A stretch of DNA of 64,000 nucleotides from NCBI GenBank assembly GCA_050287085.1, contig JBNKBE010000011.1, positions 64,001-128,000 of the forward strand, in the 5' to 3' direction. Positions 19,403 through 29,765 of this stretch are shown in pieces. Every line of letters starts with the position of its first letter. Position 1 is the first letter of the stretch. A program made the translations under genes and the position numbers. Under the pieces are notes generated by a model. It was given only the letters and a program-made list of their open reading frames with translations, was not told where the DNA came from and did no database searches. Source of the stretch: Polyangiaceae bacterium. GTDB taxonomy: Bacteria; Myxococcota_A; Polyangia; Polyangiales; Polyangiaceae.

Positions 19403-20599
19403 TTAGAACGCGAAATGCAAACTGAGCGCCGGCTGCACCAGCGCGTGCAGACCCCGTTCCTTGGAGCCAAATACGGCCAGGACGCGCGTTTGCAAGTCCA
19501 ACAAGAGCAGCTCAGTGCGCAACAATTCAAGGCCTAGCGAGCCACCTGCACTGCCTTCGTCCAAACCCAGGGCGTGAATGTAGCCGACCCGAAAGCCCAG
19601 GTAGGGGTTGAGCACGCGCCTGCGTCCACCCCCGAGAAAGTCCGAGTACATATCACCGCCAAAGCTAACCGAAAACCACTGCCCAGCGTGATCTGCGCGC
19701 ACTGACTTAGCCCAATCGACGTCCAGACTCGCCGCGCGATCAAAGAAGAAGCTGAAGCCAACCCCCGCGAAGGTTTCGCTCCCCCCTTTGGTGAAATGTG
19801 TTGGCGTGACCAGGCGCACCCCCGGCCACATCTTGGCCTCCGGCGCAATGGCAACGGCTGGATCTGTGGTCAGCTCCAGGTAGACGGTCGATCGAGCCAC
19901 CTGATCGCGCATCCAGGCGAGATCCGAGCGCACGCGGTCGAGCTCCGTACGAACCGATGCCAAAGCCGCCTCAAGCGCGGTCATGTCTGCGACTGTCTGG
20001 GCCTGCGAAAGAAGCTGCTCGTAGCGCTTCATCGTATCTTCCAGATTGCGCACCAAGACCTGGGCGTCCGAATAGGCCCGCCCCAATTCTTCGGACTCGA
20101 TCTTGCGAAACTCAACCCTTCCGAGCGCGGCAACGCGGTCCAGGAACTTGGACGTCTGCGCGGAAGGCACGCGCAGAGCAAGGGCTGCCACTTGCCTATC
20201 CTCCTGCGTCTGAATCACCTCGCTCGCGATCTGCGCCGACAACTCAGCCGCCGCCGCATGAGTCGCTGCAACCGCCACCCCAAGGTCCGAAACCACAACG
20301 TTCATGTGCGCTTCGATGGCGAGCTCCGCGCCTTCCGAGAGCGGCATTCTCGCGCTCGGGCTCCCCCCCTTGGCGGCCTGCGCGGACCTCGGAATCGCCG
20401 CTCGGAGTTCGACATCACCCTCAATGGCAAGCGACGGGGTTGCAAGGACACCGTAGGGTTCAGGCCCCTTCGCCACAACAGGAGACGGCGGCGCTTCTGC
20501 CGGGCGCGCGCCCGCCGAGCAGGCGACGAGAAAGGGCACGAGCGAGACGCTCGCAGCCATGAACAAGATCCAACGCCAACGCGGGAACCGATAGGACAT
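19403..20599 (-). CDS. DUF4349-domain lipoprotein with C-terminal beta-strand domain
   Basis: Lipobox LVA-C; LRVPS...FLDRV..LGRV, coiled coil, DQVARSTVYLEL (DUF4349-like); C-terminal amphipathic strands ending in F. Confidence 0.7.
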   Translation of the reverse strand: MSYRFPRWRWILFMAASVSLVPFLVACSAGARPAEAPPSPVVAKGPEPYGVLATPSLAIEGDVELRAAIPRSAQAAKGGSPSARMPLSEGAELAIEAHMNVVVSDLGVAVAATHAAAAELSAQIASEVIQTQEDRQVAALALRVPSAQTSKFLDRVAALGRVEFRKIESEELGRAYSDAQVLVRNLEDTMKRYEQLLSQAQTVADMTALEAALASVRTELDRVRSDLAWMRDQVARSTVYLELTTDPAVAIAPEAKMWPGVRLVTPTHFTKGGSETFAGVGFSFFFDRAASLDVDWAKSVRADHAGQWFSVSFGGDMYSDFLGGGRRRVLNPYLGFRVGYIHALGLDEGSAGGSLGLELLRTELLLLDLQTRVLAVFGSKERGLHALVQPALSLHFAF

Positions 20600-20734
20600 A
20601 GGCTGCCCAGTGTAACCCGTTCCGGTCTGCCAGCAGCCTCATTGACGTAGAAGAGGGCCGACGCCCGGACCGATCGACGCGCTGCGCCGACGACAGTAGC
20701 CAGCGCGTCCCGCGCAGGGTATGAGGGCGGCCCG

Positions 20735-22489
20735 ATGAGTGACCTCACCGAGAGCGCTGCCGACACGCCGGAAGCGATCGGGCGGCGGGTCCGCACGCTC
20801 GCTGCGACGTGGGAACGAGAGGCGACAAGCCCTGCTTGCCGTCGGCATTGTGCCCAGGAGCTCAAATCACTCCGAGCTCTTTTTCGGCGCAACCGCGCGA
20901 GCTTCACGGCCGAGTCGCTTCAGATGCTCAAGAATCTGTCGGATCAGCTCAGGTCGTACGCCCAACAGGCGCACTATGCCCAGACAGCTCGAGACACCGA
21001 TTTGCAGGCCGCGCTGGCTACGACATTCGGCTATCCCCGGTTCCGACCGGGTCAGGAAGAGATCATCCGCAGCCTGCTGGCAGGGCGCGATTCGGTCGGC
21101 ATCATGCCGACGGGCGCTGGCAAGTCTCTCACTTACCAACTCCCAGCCCGGCTGCTGGGGGGCACTACGCTGGTCATCTCCCCTCTCATCGCGCTGATGA
21201 AGGATCAGGTCGATGCATTGTCCGAGAACGGCTTTCGAGCCACCGCGCTAAACTCAACCGTCGACGAGACGGAACGCGAGCGACGCGAGGCAGCCCTGCG
21301 CGCCGGCGAATATGAAGTCGTATACGCCGCGCCGGAAGGCATCGAAGCCAGCGTCGGTCGCTCATTGCACGGACTCGACTTGCGACTGATAGCCGTCGAC
21401 GAGGCCCATTGCATCAGCCAATGGGGACACGACTTCCGCCCGGCGTATCGTCGCCTGCGAGGTCTCAAAAGCCGCTTTCCCGACGTGCCGGTGCTGGCTC
21501 TAACCGCCACCGCCACCCCCGCCGTAACCGACGACATCGTCACCCAACTCGGCATGGCCTCGCCTGCGGTCTTTCGCGGGAGCTTCTTCCGCGAGAACTT
21601 GCACATACACGTCTACAAGAAGGGCAAGAGTGGCGTGGTCAGCGACGTTCGCCGAACCATCGCCAACATCGTGCTCTCGCGCCCCGGCGATACAGGCATC
21701 GTCTATTGTATCTCCCGGAAGGCCACTGAGAGCCTGGCGGCCTACCTGAAGGAACACGGCTGCCGCGCCGAATGCTACCACGCTGGATTGGGCGCCGAGC
21801 AACGCTCACTGGTTCAAGACGCTTTTCGCAACGACGATCTCAGCGTCGTCTGCGCAACAATCGCTTTCGGGATGGGAATCGACAAGAGCAACGTGCGCTA
21901 CGTGGTGCATCGGGACATGCCCCGCTCCGTCGAGGGCTACTACCAAGAGATTGGTCGCGCTGGCCGAGACGGGCTGCCCAGCGATTGCATCCTGTTCTAC
22001 TCCTTCAACGAAGTGCGCACGTACGACCAATTCGCGGACTCTGTCGACGATCCGGATGCAGCAGAACGGCAGCGCGTCCAAGCCCGTCAGATGTTCACCT
22101 GGGCCGAGTCGGCTACTTGTCGCCACCAGGACTTGGTGGGCTACTTCGGGGAGGAACGCCAGCCATGCGGCGCCTCCTGCGACCACTGTGGACTGCCCAG
22201 CATCCTAAGCCAGATCCCCCCCCGCAAGAGGGGGCAGCGGCCAATGGGCGGCCCGCCCCCGCGAGGCGACGCTTCGCTCGACGCTCTTGAAGCCCTCAAG
22301 GAGCTCAGACGCGAGCTCGCGCGGGCTCGCAGCGTCCCCGCATACGTGATCTTCAGCGACGCTACACTGCTCGAAATGGCCGAATTGCTGCCTAGAAGCG
22401 AAGACGAGCTGCTCGCCATCAGCGGCGTCGGGCCGACAAAATTGGAACGCTATGGGGAGCACTTTCTAGCCCTGCTCCGGACGCTATGA
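20735..22489 (+). CDS. recQ: RecQ family ATP-dependent DNA helicase with HRDC domain
   Basis: [62 protein letters not shown], Zn-binding [27 protein letters not shown]. Confidence 0.92.
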   Translation: MSDLTESAADTPEAIGRRVRTLAATWEREATSPACRRHCAQELKSLRALFRRNRASFTAESLQMLKNLSDQLRSYAQQAHYAQTARDTDLQAALATTFGYPRFRPGQEEIIRSLLAGRDSVGIMPTGAGKSLTYQLPARLLGGTTLVISPLIALMKDQVDALSENGFRATALNSTVDETERERREAALRAGEYEVVYAAPEGIEASVGRSLHGLDLRLIAVDEAHCISQWGHDFRPAYRRLRGLKSRFPDVPVLALTATATPAVTDDIVTQLGMASPAVFRGSFFRENLHIHVYKKGKSGVVSDVRRTIANIVLSRPGDTGIVYCISRKATESLAAYLKEHGCRAECYHAGLGAEQRSLVQDAFRNDDLSVVCATIAFGMGIDKSNVRYVVHRDMPRSVEGYYQEIGRAGRDGLPSDCILFYSFNEVRTYDQFADSVDDPDAAERQRVQARQMFTWAESATCRHQDLVGYFGEERQPCGASCDHCGLPSILSQIPPRKRGQRPMGGPPPRGDASLDALEALKELRRELARARSVPAYVIFSDATLLEMAELLPRSEDELLAISGVGPTKLERYGEHFLALLRTL

Positions 22490-22502
22490 GCCCCCAACCG
22501 AC

Positions 22503-22919
22503 CTAGCCGCGCATCGCCATGCGCTGCCGAGACAGGGACTCGATCGCCATCGAACGGTGGGCGACGAAGTCAAAAGGAAGCGAAGCCACGAACGCTACGG
22601 CGGCGCCCATCATGCGCACGGCAGAACTGGGCGATACGCACACGCCGCCTCGAATTCCGGCCTCACGGGCCACTCGCAGAAGCTGCACACCAGGCTTGCG
22701 CACATCCGCCTCGTATCCGCTGATTTGACCCCCGTCGATGACCAGAAACTGAAACGCTCCGCCAATCAGACGCTCACGAAGCTCCCCCACGGCGCGCTCC
22801 ACGGCCGCTTTGGTCACATATCCACGAAACACGACCTCCGCCGTGTCACTGGCAAACGTTCCTACGCTGAACACATCAGCATCATCAAGTCTTCTCACGA
22901 CCGCCGAATTCTGGGCCAT
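22503..22919 (-). CDS. STAS/SEC14-like small hypothetical protein
   Basis: 138 aa; F.GYV...LVIDG..ISGYEADVR...S.AVRMMG pattern resembling myxobacterial STAS/SEC14-like proteins. Confidence 0.5.
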   Translation of the reverse strand: MAQNSAVVRRLDDADVFSVGTFASDTAEVVFRGYVTKAAVERAVGELRERLIGGAFQFLVIDGGQISGYEADVRKPGVQLLRVAREAGIRGGVCVSPSSAVRMMGAAVAFVASLPFDFVAHRSMAIESLSRQRMAMRG

Positions 22920-23017
22920 CTATCGATTGCAAACGCCCCCGCGCGGGGAAGCTGAAGGTCACATATCACGAAAATCGCGGGAATGACTCGAACGTACCGC
23001 GCCAAAGATACTACTAG

Positions 23018-23965
23018 CTAGAAATAGCGGGCGCAGTGTTGCGTCCAATCGCGATTGCCGTGAACCCAACGACACAGGCCTTCCAGGTACCCACGAAGCT
23101 CGGCGGAGCCGCCGCGTTCAAGCGCCTGGTCCGTGAGGCGCTCCAGTTCGCTCAGATCGAGGTTGTAAACCTCGACGGCCTCTGAGAGGGCATCCTCAAT
23201 ACCTAGACCGTATTGGCGAGCGAGGGCGGAGACCAGATTGAGCGGATCGGAGACCAGCGACTCCTTCGGATACGAATAGACGTCATTGACCCAGGCCGTC
23301 AGCAGCGCCGCCGTCCGCCGGGCTTCAACCACCTCCTGCCGGAACGCCTCCTCGTCGGGTAAGATGCCGCACAATCCGAGTTCCAACACAGCAAATACCG
23401 CAGATGTGCCAACGGTTAGAGCTCGAAGGTCGCGGTACTCTTCAACCGTAGGCACCCTGCCATCTCGCCGGAATGGCGTCTCTTCGTAGCAGCCTCTGAA
23501 ATAGCCACGCAGATCCGCGGCGAAACGCTGGTGCCATTGCGCGGTGGCCCCGAGCTCCGTGGCCCGTTGCAGGAGGTCCAGCAACGCTAGGTGAAACGGC
23601 GACGCCTCAGACGGACAGTGCCAAGTGTCCAGCAGATCGCAGTAGGAATCCAGCGCGGCCCCATGCTGCTCCTGGCTCCAATCGGCGGGGACCTCGCCCA
23701 CCGCATCATCGAATAAATAGAGCCACAGGATGAGGTCGGCCCCCAACTGCACCACCTCCACCGACTCGCGCTCGAAGGTGCCAGCGGCGAGACGCCCAAC
23801 TTGTATCCGGCTGGCGGCATGCGCCTCCAGGTCACTGCCCACCAGCGACAACGAACGCGCCCAGCGTACGGTGCGCTCCGACACCGAGTCCACCTCAGGG
23901 TGCATGCCATAGGTCGTGACACGCATGGAGGATACGACGCTCCTCGCGACTTCAACGATACTCAT
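23018..23965 (-). CDS. Class I terpene synthase/cyclase
   Basis: WLYLFDDAVGE, PTVEEYRDLR (R sensor), WVNDVYSYPKE (NSE triad), NLV, WVHGNRDWTQHCARY; start at MSIVEV after GGAG. Confidence 0.9.
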   Translation of the reverse strand: MSIVEVARSVVSSMRVTTYGMHPEVDSVSERTVRWARSLSLVGSDLEAHAASRIQVGRLAAGTFERESVEVVQLGADLILWLYLFDDAVGEVPADWSQEQHGAALDSYCDLLDTWHCPSEASPFHLALLDLLQRATELGATAQWHQRFAADLRGYFRGCYEETPFRRDGRVPTVEEYRDLRALTVGTSAVFAVLELGLCGILPDEEAFRQEVVEARRTAALLTAWVNDVYSYPKESLVSDPLNLVSALARQYGLGIEDALSEAVEVYNLDLSELERLTDQALERGGSAELRGYLEGLCRWVHGNRDWTQHCARYF

Positions 23966-24186
23966 GCTCCCACCAGCGCCCACATCCTCTGCCGAGTTAA
24001 GGGGCAAACGCGGAACAGCGAAGACTTTCCCTACGGTGCTCCATAGAAATCCAGAATCAGGGCACAACCGGGCTGCTAGCGAGGCAGGAACTGACCCAAT
24101 ACGACCGAACCCGTACCAAACAGAAACCCGGACTGCTCCGAATTCTCACAAATGCGGATGATTCGTCCAAGGGAGCGATAGCCCGT

Positions 24187-25764
24187 TCAGAGTAGTTCGC
24201 GCCATGGCTCGCCATCCACCTCGGCCTGGTAGGCGGCGAGACGCTTTGCCTGTTCTTGGTCAGACCAGCCGAGCAGCTGCCCCATGCGCCCTGCAACAAC
24301 GGCTGCCAACGACCGGCCACCATCCGGGCGCGTCCAGCGCAGCAGGCTGCGCCGTTCAAACCAATCCGGCGGTTCGCGCGCGTGGTCGACGCGTACAGCG
24401 AAATCGATCTCTCCCTGCAGATAGTGTGGAATGCCCGGCAGGGCTGACGGCCCGGGCCCGAGCCACTCAGCCCCCCCGGGCGCGTTGCGTATGCATCGCG
24501 CTACGTCGGCGGCTCGGCTCCCGTAGCGCGCCAGCAGGGTCGCCCTCTCGCTCGCTCCCAACTCGCCGAAGGCATCGTCGTTCCCTTCGGGCGCCAAGTC
24601 CTGCGTCAATCCGACGGAACGGGTCCGCCCCGGCCCCGGCCGATTCGGAAGCCGATCACACACCTGCTCAGCGATGGCCCGGTAGGTCGTGTACTTGCCA
24701 CCTACAATCGAGATCACCCCTGACGAACTGCAGTGTATCTCATGCTCGCGGCTCGCCCGCGCACTGCTCCCGCCGTGTGCGATGAGCGGGCGTAGGCCCG
24801 CAAACGCGCCCACGATGTCCGTAGGCTTTGCTGGAAGAGACGGAAAGTAGTGCGCCACGCAGGCCAATAGCTCCAGAGCGTCCGCAGCAGTCGCCTGTAC
24901 ATCCTCCAAAGACCCGGCATAGTTCTCGTCGGTTGTGCCCACCAGCGTGCGACCGTGCCACGGAATGAGGAAGAAGATGCGCTCGCTCTTCGGCACGGGC
25001 AACGTGACCGCACACCGCAATCCCATGTCAGGAAGGACGATGTGGCTTCCCTTCGAAGGCCCCACCTGGGGAGTCGTCGGATCTCCGTCGAGGGGACGTG
25101 TCCAAACCCCGGTTGCCTGCACCACGACGTCCGTAGCAACGGAGTATTTCCTACCCTGCCGGCAAAGCCGGACACCGGCGACCTTCCCGTTGTGAAGCTC
25201 CACCGCGTCGAGTTGACAATAGTTCACCGCGACAGCGCCGTGGCGTTCGGCGGCCGCAATATTCTCAACGACGAGACGCGCGTCGTCCATCTGGGCGTCG
25301 TAGTACTCGAAGCCACATCGGACCGGACCTTCAAGGGCGGGGAGGCGCTCAGCTACCGCTTCCGGTGGCAGACGCCGGTGACGAGGGAAGGCCGCGTTCC
25401 TCCCGGCAAGCCAGTCGTAGAACGTCAGTCCGACGGCCACGAGCCAGGGAGGGCGAGCGCCCTCCAGAACCGGAAAAACGAAGCGCAGTGGCGCCACCAG
25501 ATGAGGCACGGTCGTGGCCAGCAGCGCACGCTCACGAAGCGACTCTCGGACGAGGCCGAACTGGTAGTGCTCCAGGTAGCGCAATCCTCCATGGATGAGC
25601 TTGGTGCTCTTCGAACTGGTTCCAGAGGCGAAGTCAGCCTTCTCGACGAGCAAGACCGATAGACCTCGCAGCGCCGCATCCCGAGCGATCGCCGCCCCAT
25701 TTATCCCTCCGCCGATGACGACCACGTCAAAACGCCCCCTAAGACGGGCCTCTTCGTCCTGCAT
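24187..25764 (-). CDS. glpD: FAD-dependent glycerol-3-phosphate dehydrogenase
   Basis: VIGGGING.AIARDAALRG, DFASGTSSKSTKLIHGGLRYLE, DDARL, KGSH, GTTD, AGLRPL, GGKYTTYR. Confidence 0.93.
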   Translation of the reverse strand: MQDEEARLRGRFDVVVIGGGINGAAIARDAALRGLSVLLVEKADFASGTSSKSTKLIHGGLRYLEHYQFGLVRESLRERALLATTVPHLVAPLRFVFPVLEGARPPWLVAVGLTFYDWLAGRNAAFPRHRRLPPEAVAERLPALEGPVRCGFEYYDAQMDDARLVVENIAAAERHGAVAVNYCQLDAVELHNGKVAGVRLCRQGRKYSVATDVVVQATGVWTRPLDGDPTTPQVGPSKGSHIVLPDMGLRCAVTLPVPKSERIFFLIPWHGRTLVGTTDENYAGSLEDVQATAADALELLACVAHYFPSLPAKPTDIVGAFAGLRPLIAHGGSSARASREHEIHCSSSGVISIVGGKYTTYRAIAEQVCDRLPNRPGPGRTRSVGLTQDLAPEGNDDAFGELGASERATLLARYGSRAADVARCIRNAPGGAEWLGPGPSALPGIPHYLQGEIDFAVRVDHAREPPDWFERRSLLRWTRPDGGRSLAAVVAGRMGQLLGWSDQEQAKRLAAYQAEVDGEPWRELL

Positions 25765-25915
25765 GCGTGCAGTCTACACGATGCTGCGGGTCATCGACCC
25801 GTGGCTCGCCCATCTCGATTGCCCAGAACATCCAGTCAGGCGGCCGCCTGCGAGGGATGCCCCGCGGCGAGCCTTGCCATGGACAAGGCCCGTGCCCGAG
25901 AGGCATTCTGACTCC

Positions 25916-26644
25916 ATGCCGCTTCTCGCCTACGCTTCCGAGGCACAAGCCGATGACCCCCGAGGCGCGAGCTTCCTCGACCTGCTTTCCACCCTTGAGC
26001 GCACACTTCCTGGCACGTTTCTACTCCCGATCAGCCCCAACCCCCCGCGCCAAACCGTCCCCAATCCTACGCTCGACTGGGTCACCCTACCGCGGGGGGC
26101 GCGCCGTGCCATCACGCTGGGACTACTGCGACGCTACGCGCGCTGGTATCGCCCCAATGTCTCCATCTTCGCAGGCCGAGAGGGACACCGACTGGCTACC
26201 GCTTGCTACGATGGGTTCGGAGCCCGCCTGCTGTGGGAAGACGACCAACTGCGCCATCCGAACGGCACCCCCGTTTCACTCGAAACCCTAGCGACCCAGC
26301 TCCCCGTCTCCGTCGTCATCGACGAGACTTGCTCCAAGGAGGCCATGCATGCCTTGCTCTCGGCGAGGGCGGGGGCCCCGGAGCTGCGCCTGTATTGCCC
26401 GGGTGTTGTGGACGCTGGCGTGCTGGAGAAGCTGCACCTGGCCGCTGACCAATTCGCGAGCAAGCCCCGCGTGTTCGTGCGCCTCAAACAAGGATTGATG
26501 AATGCTGAAGGCGCCAGCGAAGCAATGGCCCTCACCCCCCACGTCGACCGCTTCGAAATCAATATCTGCAGCGAGAGGGAGCTTGGCGCCGCCGTGGCCG
26601 GAATCCTCAGCGCCACCCTGCGAGCCGTCAAGGAGCTAGCATGA
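25916..26644 (+). CDS. Hypothetical protein
   Basis: ORF with ATGA overlap onto the following glycosyltransferase; no motif recognised. Confidence 0.55.
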   Translation: MPLLAYASEAQADDPRGASFLDLLSTLERTLPGTFLLPISPNPPRQTVPNPTLDWVTLPRGARRAITLGLLRRYARWYRPNVSIFAGREGHRLATACYDGFGARLLWEDDQLRHPNGTPVSLETLATQLPVSVVIDETCSKEAMHALLSARAGAPELRLYCPGVVDAGVLEKLHLAADQFASKPRVFVRLKQGLMNAEGASEAMALTPHVDRFEINICSERELGAAVAGILSATLRAVKELA

Positions 26645-27720
26645 AGCTGATGATCTACGCGATCAACGGTCGCGGGATGGGCCACCTGAACCGCACCTTG
26701 GTCCTCGCTTCGGCGATAAAAAAGTCGGATCCCACACTCGACGTGACATTTGTCGTGGGCTCGCCCGTATTCGGCATTGTCAGCGAGGCGGGTTACGAGG
26801 TGATAAAGGTCCCAGACACCCATCATCAGCTGGGGTACTACACCGGACTGAACAATCGCCAGACCCACCTCAACGAGGTCTTCCGTGACCTCTTGGAGCA
26901 CTACCAGCCCGACGTCTTCTTGGCCGACTTCATCGTCAACGCCGAACTCTTTCGTACGGTCAAACGCTCCGGGGCTGCGCTCGCGCTCATGTTGCGTAAG
27001 CAACGCGCCTCCGTGATGGAAGCACTGGGCAAACAAGCTTGCATGCGCCTGGTAGACCGCTACCTATTGCCCCATTCAGCAGCGGAGCTTCCGCTCTCTG
27101 AGCTGCCTGCCGCATTCCGCGCGCGCTGTCGACACCTCGGACCCGTGGCGCGCCCGCTGACCCAAGCGGCGGTAGCCGAAGTCCGAGCACGGTACGCGCC
27201 CCCCACGGAGAAGCTAGTGGTTGTGGCCATTGGAGGCGGAGGCAACCCCGACTCCCACCCTACACTCGAGCTAGCGCGCTCCGTCATCGCTCAGAAGAGC
27301 CTGGGCGACGGCATACGGTGGGTGCTGGTTCATGGCCCATACTTTCCCGGCGAGGTCATCTCGTCCATAGCTGCGGTCAGTGAACTCCGCTACACGCCGG
27401 ATCTGCTGCCACTGATGGCGGCCGCAGACGTCGTATTGTGCAACGCCGGCTACAACACGCTCCAGGAACTCGAGACCTGCGGCACGCCCGCCGTGCTGGT
27501 CCCGCTCACGAATACCGGCCGCGACGACCAGGAGGAACGCGCCCGTGACTGGGAGGCTCGGGGGCAAGCACTGGTGGCCCAACGTGAGTCCGCCGACGTC
27601 TCGCAGAAGCTACGCGACATCTTGTTCGAAGGACACGTAGCCCGGCGTCCAGCCGCCTATGAAGACGGCACAGATGTCGCCGGTGAGCGTTGCCTCGATG
27701 CCCTAGGAGAGCTGCGATGA
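26641..27720 (+). CDS. GT-B fold glycosyltransferase (GT28 C-terminal-like)
   Basis: NGRGMGHLNR, VAIGGGG, GPYF, LMAAADVVLCNAGYNTLQE, DDQEERA. Confidence 0.85.
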   Translation: MKLMIYAINGRGMGHLNRTLVLASAIKKSDPTLDVTFVVGSPVFGIVSEAGYEVIKVPDTHHQLGYYTGLNNRQTHLNEVFRDLLEHYQPDVFLADFIVNAELFRTVKRSGAALALMLRKQRASVMEALGKQACMRLVDRYLLPHSAAELPLSELPAAFRARCRHLGPVARPLTQAAVAEVRARYAPPTEKLVVVAIGGGGNPDSHPTLELARSVIAQKSLGDGIRWVLVHGPYFPGEVISSIAAVSELRYTPDLLPLMAAADVVLCNAGYNTLQELETCGTPAVLVPLTNTGRDDQEERARDWEARGQALVAQRESADVSQKLRDILFEGHVARRPAAYEDGTDVAGERCLDALGELR

Positions 27721-28253
27721 GCGTTCAACTCGTGCGACCATCGCTGCGGTGGCAAGCGCGCTTTCTTGCAGCAGTTGCGGACAGTGCCAAACTGCACCAC
27801 CCTTGGGTTTACCCGCCCTCAACCGCAACTGGATACGCCGCCTATATCAAACGTTGCCGCAGCTCCAACTTTGCTGGCCACTTGCTATGCACCGAGAACG
27901 GCGACCTCGCTGGCGTCATCAACATCTCGGAGATCGTTCGCGGCGCATTCTGCAATGGCTACGTCGGCTACTACGCCTTTCTACCCTACGCCGGGTGCGG
28001 GTTGATGAAGCTCGGTCTGCAGCTCCTGGTCCGTCGCGCCTTTACCGAGCTGGGTCTGCACCGGCTGGAAGTGAACGTTCAACCCGACAACGTCCCTTCG
28101 CTCGCGCTGGCCCGGAGTGCCGGCTTTCGCCGAGAGGGCTTCTCGCCTCGCTATCTTCGAATCGGGACAGAATGGAAAGACCATGAGCGCTGGGCGCTCA
28201 CGATAGAAGACTGGCACGCGCCCGACGGCAAAGCCAAGAGCTGCTCGGAATAG
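27717..28253 (+). CDS. RimJ/RimL-like GNAT N-acetyltransferase
   Basis: HPWV.PP, INISEIVRGAF.NGYVGY, LGLHRLEVNVQPDN..S..LA...GFRREGFSPRYL.I..EWKDHERWA. Confidence 0.88.
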   Translation: MSVQLVRPSLRWQARFLAAVADSAKLHHPWVYPPSTATGYAAYIKRCRSSNFAGHLLCTENGDLAGVINISEIVRGAFCNGYVGYYAFLPYAGCGLMKLGLQLLVRRAFTELGLHRLEVNVQPDNVPSLALARSAGFRREGFSPRYLRIGTEWKDHERWALTIEDWHAPDGKAKSCSE

Positions 28254-28285
28254 TCAGCGCCTACTCGCCCCAGACCTCGAACCGC

Positions 28286-29545
28286 TCAGGGCCTCTCGGC
28301 GGGCGTCAAGTAGAAGAAGTCGCGCACGCTGCGCTTGCGAATGTACTCGTCGTCGCTGAATTCAAAGCCGTCCGCGAGCGCCACTGCCTTGCGCGTTGCC
28401 CCCGCAGCATCGCGCTCAAAAAGGACGAACTTTGGATAGGAGAAGTTGACGTCCAATTGAGCGACCGTCTGAGCCCCTGCGTGCAGCATGCCGTCCACCA
28501 AGGCACGTGCCGTCGTGTGATTGCTGATCGCGACATAGAGAACCCTGCCTTCGCGCCCCACGCCCACGGCAGAACGGCGAATCACGGTATTGCCGTCAAG
28601 CGTCGCTCCCCATTTCTTCGTGAAGCCGTCCCGCAGACGGGGGTGCACCACACCGTCCTCGGCCATGCAATTGGGCGTCTGACGCCACCAAGCAAACTCA
28701 TGCACCCTCGCCGCCACGTCGTCCCACCCGTCGACGATAACGCGACCGTTCGGCAGCCCTGCGACGACACAAACACCCGCCTTCGGAGCTGCCCACGTCA
28801 CCCCGTCCAGCCCCATTCCGTAGCCCCCGTGTTCGGTCTTAAAGCCGCCGTTGAACGCGGCCAAGACCCGCGAGTGGTCCGAATCCGGGATCCGTCCCGG
28901 GCGCGGCAATCCCTCGGCTTCCGGCTCGGTCCCTTGTGGCTCGCGCGTGCCAGGAACGAGGTGGACGCTCGCACGATCCAAGTCGATGGCAACCACAAAC
29001 AGCTCTGCCCAGGAGCGGTTCTTGTCCGGGTGAAGGAGCGTCTTGCGGAGCGGTGTCGCCATGCCCGGTAGATCCGGAAGCGCAATCTCGAGCCACACCC
29101 CATCTCCCGGCGCGAACCAGGACGAATGCACCGGCCCTACGTCCGGTAGCGCAAGGGGAGGTGGGGCGGGGACCCCACCATCCACCGGAATCTTCCCCCG
29201 CGATGCCCCAGCGTCGACGCCCACCGTCGCCGGGGGGGAGGGAAGCGGACCCGCGGCCGAGCGCTGGGGAAGCGCCCATCGCGCCCGCGGGACCTCCCCA
29301 GAGCGCAGCATGCGGTTGACGCTGTCCTCGACGCTATAAGCAAAGTTCTCCAGTTCCGTGACGGCGGTCACGCCCACAACGGCGCGCAGTCCGTCCGCGA
29401 CCAGAGGCCCCAACCACTCGACCCGATTGACGGCGATCCACAAGCCCGCCGGGAGCGCAAGGCCCAACAAGACCACTCCGACACTCAAGCGACGGCGAAG
29501 CTGCGACCTACCCGGGGCCACCTGATGGCGCTGAGACTCCGTCAT
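28286..29545 (-). CDS. Membrane-anchored phosphodiester glycosidase (NAGPA)-like protein
   Basis: N-terminal TM; LAAFNGGFK..HG, WGAT, RRSAVG, AQLDVN, RDFFY. Confidence 0.65.
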   Translation of the reverse strand: MTESQRHQVAPGRSQLRRRLSVGVVLLGLALPAGLWIAVNRVEWLGPLVADGLRAVVGVTAVTELENFAYSVEDSVNRMLRSGEVPRARWALPQRSAAGPLPSPPATVGVDAGASRGKIPVDGGVPAPPPLALPDVGPVHSSWFAPGDGVWLEIALPDLPGMATPLRKTLLHPDKNRSWAELFVVAIDLDRASVHLVPGTREPQGTEPEAEGLPRPGRIPDSDHSRVLAAFNGGFKTEHGGYGMGLDGVTWAAPKAGVCVVAGLPNGRVIVDGWDDVAARVHEFAWWRQTPNCMAEDGVVHPRLRDGFTKKWGATLDGNTVIRRSAVGVGREGRVLYVAISNHTTARALVDGMLHAGAQTVAQLDVNFSYPKFVLFERDAAGATRKAVALADGFEFSDDEYIRKRSVRDFFYLTPAERP

Positions 29546-29765
29546 CGCATAGGGCTATAAACCACCGTGGCCAAAAAGGTCCACGTCAGCGTAGAAACAC
29601 TGGGCCGACGCTGCAAACGCTCCGCCCAACACATGCTGGAACATGGATTTGAAACGGAAAGGACTGGTAGTACCCCGCCCCGAGCCTGACTCCCGTCGCT
29701 CGGTGGATCACGTTGAGCCAAACCCTAACTTCATCCTCAGCAGCGCCCGCTGACCACTGACTCAG

